From: Octopus sinensis
Lineage: Eukaryota
Assembly (NCBI RefSeq): GCF_006345805.1
Contig: NC_042997.1
Span: forward strand, 12,958,001 to 13,022,000
Length of the DNA: 64,000 nucleotides
Direction of reading: 5' to 3'
Below are positions 54,142 through 64,000 of this stretch, piece after piece; position 1 is the first letter of the stretch, and every line of letters starts with the position of its first letter. The position numbers and the translations under genes are program-made. The notes below the pieces were generated by a model that saw only the letters and a program-made list of their open reading frames with translations, did not search any database and was not told the origin of the DNA.

Positions 54142-54254
54142 CTATTTATCTGTGCGTGTGTGTGCGTGTGTATTAGAGAAAGATAGTATATATAAGTGCT
54201 TACATCGAAGCAACTATACAGCACATCATACTCTATTGATATAATCTTTATATT

Positions 54255-54436
54255 GTGAGCAGGCACAATCGTTAGCACGCCGGGCGGAATACTTAGCGGC
54301 GTTTCGTCCGTCTTCGCGTTATGAGTTCAAATTCAGCCGAAATCGTGATTTATAAAATACAAACCAGTTGAGCACTGGAGTCGATGTAATTGACTTACCC
54401 CCATCTTCTGAAGTTGCTGGCCTTGTGCCAAAAATG
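54255..54436 (+). mobile_element. Old family-C-like SINE with a central deletion
   Basis: CGTTAGCACGCCGGGCG..GAGTTCAAATT..GAGCACTGGAGTCGATGTAATTGACTT. Confidence 0.65.
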
Positions 54437-55155
54437 GGAAATAAATATTAATCTTCTGTTTAAAAAATAGAAAAATCTCCGTATAATCACATACAGAATT
54501 CCTCTTGTTATAGACTACACCTCATGCAACATAATATCTCAGTGCTTTTTACTCTCATTGTTCTCCCTCTTGCTCCCTCACCATGAACCCCTTTCTTGAA
54601 ATGCACGACATAACGTTAGAATATATTCAATCAACTTCCATACTTAATAAAGCATCTATTTTCTCCTTTTTCCTATATCTTTATTTTAAGGGATACAGTT
54701 AAATATATGTCTGAATATGTTTTCTTGGACACGTATGAATAAGTAATGTGTATATATGCATTAGTGCGAATGTTTACACGTGTATGCCTAGAAGCATAAT
54801 CATTAGTGTACACGTATAGCTACGAAATGAATTAGTATGTGTGGCAAAGAGAGAGTTATACCTTTGGACTAAAGCAGTCCTTCTATATTCTCTATCCTTT
54901 TAAGAAACTTTATGCTTATCGGCGAGAATTTGTGTAGTTAATGTCATATGACTTTATGAACTTCGAAGGTACCTGAGATAATTCTTTTATTGGAATGCTA
55001 TTATTATTTATAGCTTTTGCTGCTTCGAGAGTCACCGCTCTAAAAATAATTATCTTACTTCCTCCCGCAATTTTAAAATTCTTATGATGTCAAATTTATC
55101 TATCTATCTATCGATCAATCGTTCTATCTATCTATGTTTCTCTCTCTTTCTCTCT

Positions 55156-55209
<54 letters not shown>

Positions 55210-56323
55210 CATATCCACACACACACATATATATATTGGTGTGTGTGATATCCTATTATATGTAAGTAAATAACGCCGTACATTTCATCGTTGCACATGT
55301 TTATAATGATATATTTGCATATATCTATATGTATTTCTTTTCGTCTTAGTATGTATTCTATTTTATTATTTTAATGATAATATATACTTAGTAGATATTG
55401 TTAATATTGCATGCATTAAATGGAACCATTTTCGGTAAAAGGATAACATAAACACTCATTGGAACCGAGAGATATATTAAATTAACAACCTATAATGTAT
55501 ATTCCCAAAGAAACCTTTTAATGCATGGAACTGTTTTAAATGGGGAACGATTAACATACTCTTAATGTGTAGATATAGTATAAAACATTAAATGTTGATT
55601 TGTTTGCCAACATATCAACTTAAAAACTATTACCATTCTTGCAATTCCTTTGTAAAACTAACGATGCTCATTACAGCTTATTATCTCACTCTTATATTAA
55701 GAAATCAGCAGATATGCCCGAAGCCTGGTAAAAGTGAAATAATTCATAAGCATTCTGATATTTGGAAATAACCCGAGACATGACCTGGATAGAATATAAG
55801 TAACAGTAACCACATTTGATATTAGTTTTTCCGGGAGGAAAATGCGACCCATGCACCTTTGCGAATTATAAGAGTTTCGAAAATGTGCCGAGGGCTGTAG
55901 ATGTCATTTTATTAAGAATGAACGTTAAGAGGAACATAATGTCGTGGGGGCAAACAAAGATCAGAGAATTCGTTAATCAAACATCTTCATCTCCACTAAA
56001 GTAAGGAATAACCTCAAGTCAATATATAAATGGCCTGGAATATTTCCTCAGAAACTGGACTGCGATGAAAGGTTGAAAAAGAAAATATGATGCTTCATTT
56101 ACTGAACAATGGACTTAATGAATAGACGGAGAACGAGCAAACTAAAATAGATTGGAAAGCAATGTACAGGTATGTGTATGTGTGTTTGTGGGGGGGGTAT
56201 AACATGTGTATGTGTGCGCGCGTATGTATATACATATATATATGTATTTATATTTATTTATCTGTGTCTATCAATCTATCTCTCTAGCTATCTGTTTATC
56301 TACCTATCTTCTTATTTATCTAT

Positions 56324-56368
<45 letters not shown>

Positions 56369-56383
56369 ATATATATACATATC

Positions 56384-56445
<62 letters not shown>

Positions 56446-57899
56446 TTGTATAAGCCTGTATATATACAAATATATACATACATACTTATATATAAGTACG
56501 TATGTATGTATATATACTTATACATGGGGATAGAAAGGAAGTGAGAGTGAAAGCAACAGAGATTGACAGGCATAGGACGGGAAGAGAAGAGAACATAGAA
56601 GTAAACAAATAACAGAACAGCTAACACAAACAAAGCCCATTTACGTATCGTGATGTTTACAAATCTAAATGTTATAAATTTGTTTAGAGTAAGCCTAAAG
56701 ATTACAGTAGAAGAACATATAAAGCCATTACTTACTGTCTTATCTATTAAAAATAACGTTGCAATGGAAAGGAACGGATTTTAAACGAGCAGTAAATTTA
56801 TGCTCGGGTTTTGACTTTGGAAGGACACCAGATTTCTGGAGTGGTGATGCCTGGAAATGGGTATCGGAGATATTTCATAAAATCTCACCGAAACGAATTG
56901 CCATAATTGATCGAAATTATAAAAATGAAACTGAATTTTTGTTTTCAGACATACTGAGTGCATCTTTTTAATTTTTCTCAGTCTACCCAACTAAAAAAAA
57001 TTTTTTAAATACGCCAACAGATGTGGTCTCTCACTCTTGTATAAATAGCAACCGCGTTTCCTCCAAACCAAATTTTACTGATTTAGGGTATACTAGGCGT
57101 AGAAGTAATGGCTGTTCTTCATGGCTGGAACACCATTTTATCATATTTCTAATCAATCATGCTATCATGTTTGACCAGGAGCTAACAAACACACGGCAAC
57201 AACATATATGTATATAATATGTGCCACTGTGTGTTCAGGGCTTCAATATAATATAGCCAGAGATCAATAATGTAAACTCGGCATTACAGACTACTAATTT
57301 GAAAATCAAAAATGCTTTTTAGATAAATAATAGTAGAGGTGTCGGCGAAACAAATAAAAAGGGAAAATGTTATGGTAATGAGCATCAATAAACCAAACCT
57401 GTTATTAGGCCATGTAGAATAATAAGAATGAATCAGTGTTTCGAGCTATGCCATTTATCTAGACAAAGAAGAATTATAAAAGGGAGAAAAACTTCAGAAT
57501 GCTCGAAATTCGAAATTCGTGAGTGATAATGTGCCACAGAAACGTATAGCATGTATGTAATCACAAGAGCGGACACGTGACGTTGGCATTGTTGCAGCTG
57601 TTAGACTCGCTATTGTTATTATTGTTTAACCCCATAGTTAGTCCCGATCATGTGCTCATAAACATTCTTGCCATGACTATCACGTCATTTTCTTATATGC
57701 AAGAAAGCTAGAATTATATTATGCATTGTGGCATTTTCAAATAAAAATTATTTTCAGGGGATTTAACTGCTTGAATGAAGGATGAGGTTGAAGTTGTATC
57801 TTGTGGGGATGGACTTTAGGTAACTCTTTTCTGGGTAGCGGAATATGAATATATGCACTAGGGATTGACTTGATTGACCAAACAGCGGTAAGAAACGGG

Positions 57900-59250
57900 T
57901 GCGGTACGGCCGCATGCATGTATGACCGAAAATATATTGTTCATATGTTTCTGTGTTTGTAAGAATGCGAACGTAAATGAATTATTAAGTCATAATGTAT
58001 GAAGAAGTGAAGCGTTAAGAGTTAGAAGAAACTGATCAATCATTGACTTCAGTTTCTAAATGAAAAATTGATCGTTCTCCATGCAGAATTTGCACGTTGT
58101 TTGTCTTATTCGGACTACGGAAGTCCACAGGTAGTAATACTATGATAGGATTGACTAGTAGATGTGCAATATATTTAAGAGTTCCAAAGCTGTGACGTGC
58201 AAATCTCTGGAATGTCCTATCAGCCATCGATTGGACTCGATTATATACAGGGTACTTTGTATTTCGTATTTTATGCAATAAATTACATCCTTGGCGTAGG
58301 TAGTAAAAGGGCTGTATACATGGTTAATAGAACTCATGCTGGGCGTAAGTCTATAGAAAAAAATTGGGTGTTTCAGTTTGGAGTGGAGATAGACTGGAGA
58401 TCTAGATTGAGCTAAGTAAGGAGTGAGATAATTGTGAACCAGAAACTCGCTTAGAATAAGACCACATCTAAAGGACTGAGTTTTGGGGAAAAACTGCATA
58501 CATAAGAGGATGCGATTGCTAAACACAGAAATTATGAATAATAGCAGGCAGAACAGGATCGGTAGCAAGGTAAAGCCACAAAAAAAAAGATGCTGGCTGC
58601 TTGATTATAATGCAAGGTGTACAAGATAACTCTGATTCGAAACCAGGTTACAGTGATGGTGGAGGTGGAAGAATTTAATGTGATTAGAGAAACATGGGAA
58701 TTAATTTGTGTTTAAGTAAGTGTTAGTGCGTTTCTAAATGCAATTTACATGAGATGTAAATGTTGTCAACAGAAACGAAGACGTTTGCAAAGTTGGCAGG
58801 TGTTAGTGATATTAGAAATGAATTTCAAAGTTGGATTGATATAATTAAAGATGGGCATGATGAAGATTAGCTGCTTAGAGATAATGAAGATGGTACGAAC
58901 ACATACATCCATTTATTAACAATTGGTGAACCGGGGAATAATCTCGCCATCGAGGCGTCCAACAATAGTAGTATAAACCAGTTTAGAGTGGTCGTTAACT
59001 ATTTAAAGATTCGCTTGGTAACGCAGTTACCGACAGAGATAAAACAAGGATCCGTGATTTGGGATTGCCTTGAGGCGGAAGAGAATGTTAGAAGGGGGTT
59101 CATCATGTTAGAACAATAAGAGAAGGAGCGATGAGATGATGAACCGCGTTAAGCAAGTTTGTTTTATTATTGTTTAGGTATTTGAGCTCAAACAAAGCTT
59201 CGGTAGTGTTATTAACGCGTTAGATACAATGACACACGCTATCTGCACCG
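57900..59250 (-). mobile_element. Possible very degenerate PLE coding relic
   Basis: Only faint fragments (QFFPKTQS, HPIFFYR, SRDLHVTALELLN) in a plausible order; no intact catalytic motif. Confidence 0.25.
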
Positions 59251-60545
59251 ACATTCGGTACCTTTTGCTCAGACTGCGCCGAGATCAATCTAGACTTTCA
59301 TCTTTTTAGAGCTGATAGTAAAAAGTACCAATTAGTGGATTTATTAAACTGAAATAACGTCGGAACGGATTATTTGCAGTATTTATTCCAGCTCTTTACG
59401 TACCGAGTTAAAACAATTCTATGGTTTGCAACGGTGAGAGACTTAATTCAGCGACGTGTTCAACAACTACTCTTGACACGTTGAATGTCGTTAGCGGAGT
59501 CTACTGTTGCAGCTTTTCAGGACAGGACTCCGGTTTGTTGAATTCTTACTCTCTCTGTTTCGGAGAATTTGTACACAGTCATTGGTACTTCCTTCATTTG
59601 TAACTAACATATTAAAAACAGGCCGTCAATATGATCAACGAAATCAAAAGAGAAAAAAAAGGAAACTATTAGGCCAACATAAATAAATATTACCTGATCA
59701 AAAAATTAGCCGTTTCAGAAGCGGCATCGAGGCAGTTATCCGCGGGATGAAAATAGGTGTTGAATTTGTTGGAATTTGATCTCATAATCACAAATATAAT
59801 AGTAGTGTTTTCTAATTTTGAAGCAACACCAAAACATTTGAAGTAGAGATGGCTTCGTCGATAGAATACGCTTCAATGTTCGGATAGCTAATTTTATTTC
59901 AGCGACTCTGAAAGATACAAAACAAATGACACTTTGGCTGGAATTGAGCTCCCAATACAGAGCCAGGACAAGTAATACGAAGTATATTTTCCGATGTTTT
60001 AACAATTTAACCGCAGTTAAAAAATTTATTATGATTGTAATGATGATGGTGATGGGGACGACGACAACGAGGAGGAGGAGGAGGAGGAGAGGATGTTTTC
60101 AAATTATAAAAATAACAACAAAACAACAATCATTTTAGAAAAATATTTCTGATAAATTAGAAAGAGGGTTAAAAAGATATACATATAAATAGATATATAA
60201 ATAACTATTCACTCGACAAACATTGCCGCCGTAGCATGCGGGAGCACTAATAAATACATAATGAGGAGATGGGGTCAACAAAAGCCGGCGGTCATAGAGG
60301 AAAGAAAGTCGAAAACTAGCTATAAGTTAAGACGTGTTCAAAGGGATTGTTCATCTTCATTGCTGACCAATTAATACCAACATCGGCAGCTGTGCAGATC
60401 ACATAGCATATGTATATGTTAATATTTATTTACGAATTTATATTCCACGTTCACACGCGTACACACAGATGATCATCTATACATGTACGAAAAATGTGCG
60501 TGTGAATATATATATAAACATATGCATATACATACTACATGTATG

Positions 60546-60603
<58 letters not shown>

Positions 60604-60947
60604 TTAAAAGACATATGCATGCATGCGTCCATGTGTGTATGTACGTTTGCTACTTTTACTATGTATAAGCATGTATATGTGTGTGTGTGTGCGTTCTATA
60701 AGTATGCGTATTAATATACGTGTGTATATACACATATGTACAATAGCACATGTAATATTTTTTTGTGTGCAAATGCCTTCATACGGGCACACCTTATGTT
60801 GTTTAATAATTCAGAGATACACACAAATATAAATCTAGCATTACGTAGGCTTGCTCGTTATGTGTATGTGTGATTGTGTGTATGCATATGTATGCATGTA
60901 TGTATGTACGTATACATACATACATACATACATACATACATACATAC

Positions 60948-61058
<111 letters not shown>

Positions 61059-61529
61059 TATATATACCATACATTCATACATATATATATATATACGTAT
61101 ATACATACAGGCTTTGGACAAAATAATGGAAGCACCTAGCATCATTGCATCATAATTTTGAAATATGTATAAAACCATCAAAAGCTTCTTTACTTTGTTT
61201 TTTGATTTATTATTAGTGTTGCTTAATATGTTTACTAAAATTGCTGCTTCTTTTTAGATATCTTCAGAAAAAGGTAATTAAAATTCATTAAAATGAGAGA
61301 TCTATAGGACTTTCAAAGTGGTCAAAATACTACTATAATATTGTTGATGAAACATGTCCTTTGTCTATCTACTCATCCTCTTTGTGATTTTGTTTGATAG
61401 AATAACTATACAATCCTTTGAATTTAACCAAATTCTATATTTTTATGCAGCTGAAGATTGCTCTACACTTTAAAACTGATGTAATATTTGCATTGTTCAA
61501 TTGAATGGAGTCGCATGAAACGATCGTAC

Positions 61530-61655
61530 CTCATTACTTCTGGATATCCTTGTTGCTTATTTTGATTGTAAACACCCCATTTTGAATTATATGGATAATA
61601 CCATACTAAATTCTGGTGCCTTTAACTTAAGTACCATATTCAACTGAATCTATAT
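61530..61655 (-). repeat. Interspersed repeat, inverted homolog of 36586-36706
   Basis: GATATCCTTGTTGC..ATTATATGGATAATACCAT..TTCTGGTGCC..AACTTAAGTACCATATTCA matches the reverse complement of 36586-36706. Confidence 0.75.
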
Positions 61656-62122
61656 ATATATGGCAGCATATATACCAAGAGTTTAACTACAGTCTAGCCA
61701 TAGCACCTACTTAGCAGTACCCGACACTCTTCGGATCTTCTAAATACCAATACGTCTCATATGTATATGACACTCGATCTATATATCACGCGTGCTCGAT
61801 ACTTGTGTATTTGGATATATTTTAATAGTTATTGGTAGTGATCTCCAACCAGAAGCGCTTAATATATTTTCTTTGCTGAACTATTTATGCTACGGAGTGA
61901 ACGAGCAATAATTAAGAGAAGTTTATGTTATTCTGATTGCTCTCATAACCCTAGAGCTAATGTAAGTCGGATACAATGAATAGTTATTACCAGATTTCAA
62001 GAAATATGAGTGAAAAAAAGAAAATACACTAAAGCAAACAGAAAAATCAAGTTAGCAGCATTGCGAAGTCACGTTATTTTTTTGCACCTTTCAAGCCAAA
62101 TGGTTACTTTCTTCTCTAGTGG

Positions 62123-62197
<75 letters not shown>

Positions 62198-62222
62198 CTA
62201 TCTCTCTCTCTCTCTCTATCTA

Positions 62223-62253
<31 letters not shown>

Positions 62254-62263
62254 CTATCTCTCC

Positions 62264-62295
<32 letters not shown>

Positions 62296-62593
62296 CGAAT
62301 TGTCTGTGTGCATGCATATTAAATTTTAGGCTACTAGTATACATTCGATGGAATTTACCTATTTTTAAGTGCGGTACATCCTCGGCATGAAACGGAAAAT
62401 GCCTTAATTGAATTGAGAACTAAATGCATGCATAGAAAAAAGCATAGAGCTGTACATATTTCTCTATTATCAGTGACATTGAATTAAATTTTAGGCTGGC
62501 CTGTTTCGATTGTTTTGGAGATCCTGCTCAGTGATCACTTACTAGTATTTGTCAGGTAAATGAGAAATATGACTAATTTTTTTATTCTATAAT

Positions 62594-63004
62594 TTGTTTC
62601 AGTCATTTGACTGCAGCCATGCTGGAGCACCGCCTTTAATCGAAGAAAACAACCCCATGATATATTCTATGTAAGCCTAGAAATTATTCTATCCATCTCT
62701 TTAGCCGAACCGCTAAATTACAAGGACGGAGACACATCAAAATCGGTTGTCAAGGGATGATAGAGGGGGGGGGGGACAAACTCACACACACATACATAGA
62801 TGTATTTCTCCATTTTCTTATCTTGTATTAGTAATTTGCGGTAAATCATTTTACCTTTGCCCATATAATACAGTAAATGAATTGATTGCATCGCAATCAT
62901 TAGCATTTATGTATTAACTTTGTTGGGTACTTCACTAGCAGTATATTGGATATACGTTATCCCATAGAGGGTTGCATTTACAACCCCTATCTCAATTTGT
63001 ATAT

Positions 63005-63037
<33 letters not shown>

Positions 63038-63208
63038 TTACAACTAGCTTTCAGATTCTGTCGACCAAATCTCCACTCACAAGTCTTTGGTCGGTCCAAT
63101 GCTATAGTAGAAGACACTTGCCCAATGAGCTACGCAGTGGGGCTGAGCACGGGCGGAACCATGTCGTTGGAAAGCAAGCTTCTTACCACATAGCCACGCC
63201 TGCGCCTA
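62594..63208 (-). mobile_element. SINE family B split by about 240 bp of other sequence in its central microsatellite
   Basis: 3' half at 62594-62797 and 5' half at 63041-63208, same orientation. Confidence 0.75.
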
Positions 63209-64000
63209 ATACCGATTATAAAAATCAATTAGGAAGTCTTTCAATTGACTGGTTACTCCGACCGCTTTAATAGCAAGTGAAGAGACTTCATAGTATTTTT
63301 AGTATAGTATTATAGTATTCTTATTATTGAACGTATGAATTTATTTATGATTAGTAAATCTGACAAATATTTGATCCAATAAAACGTTCTTATTATATTG
63401 TCTAGAAAGATGACATGAATAATTGTGATGTGCTGAAGTATTTGAGATTAATTAGGTGGTTCATATAATCTAACGACCATAAATGTTGACTGCAACGAAT
63501 CTTTGGACTTGAAAAATCAATCTCTAACTCTTTTACATTTGGATGTTCTACGTTGTTAGACTGCAATATCCCGAATGGTATCACATGCTGTTACCAGCAG
63601 GAATATACGTTGCATAAATTTGTAATAAGTTGTAAGATGAGCAGAAAAGCAGGTCTTCAATTATGAATGCCCAGCTTATGCACATGTATATGGACCTTAA
63701 CTTGCTACACTCCAAGGAATTCAGTTTGAATTTAGGTCATGAATTCTGGATATTCCTCTACTTGCACTGCAACCCTACTGGAGTTTTGAGGTGCCCCAAT
63801 GCCAAGGAACCGTGGATGTTACAGAACAAGATGACAGTTGACTGTAGAGGGAATTATGCCTTATGAAATTCACTGCCATTCCACCTTGACCAGATTCAGG
63901 AAGCCACATGACTTTGAGTTTCAATGGATGATAAATCAAACTAAACGATTTATCCATATTAAAAATATAATATCAGAAAAGTAACTCATTTGGAAAACAA

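Noticed and set aside
55824-55850. Nudix hydrolase (FPGGKCDP)
   Set aside because: The downstream Nudix box residues (REXXEE) are missing.
60220-60251. Helitron 3' end (CCGC/GCGG hairpin plus CTAA|T)
   Set aside because: 4-bp stem, no matching 5' end and no second copy.

Overview
This is 64 kb of very AT-rich, microsatellite-dense eukaryotic DNA. The SINE families and (AT)n/(AC)n load suggest an octopus or other coleoid cephalopod, which is an inference and not a database result. No host protein-coding gene, rRNA, true tRNA gene or CRISPR array can be supported; most listed ORFs are microsatellite read-throughs. The window is a graveyard of mobile elements: at least four tRNA-derived SINE families (about 20 copies), two Penelope-like elements (PLEs) with RT and GIY-YIG endonuclease of Naiad-like type, about six hammerhead-ribozyme (HHR) motifs in PLE-type tails, an internally deleted R4/Dong-like LINE, a duplicated 3'-truncated APE-type LINE with a CCCH-finger ORF1, relics of three Tc1/mariner-superfamily transposases, a pogo-type MITE and a non-autonomous Helitron. 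The most unusual observations are: (1) a PLE endonuclease whose GIY and YIG strands are separated by about 137 mostly open codons; (2) a tRNA-promoter plus hammerhead composite with 14-bp inverted ends; (3) a 372-bp TIR-bounded HHR element, present twice, whose 1-nt loop III implies dimeric folding; (4) a 53-bp, about 32-copy minisatellite seeded from a SINE tail; (5) one SINE head carrying three different 3' tails; (6) recurrent (AT)n-bounded tandem duplications and fold-back palindromes that may be biological or assembly artefacts.
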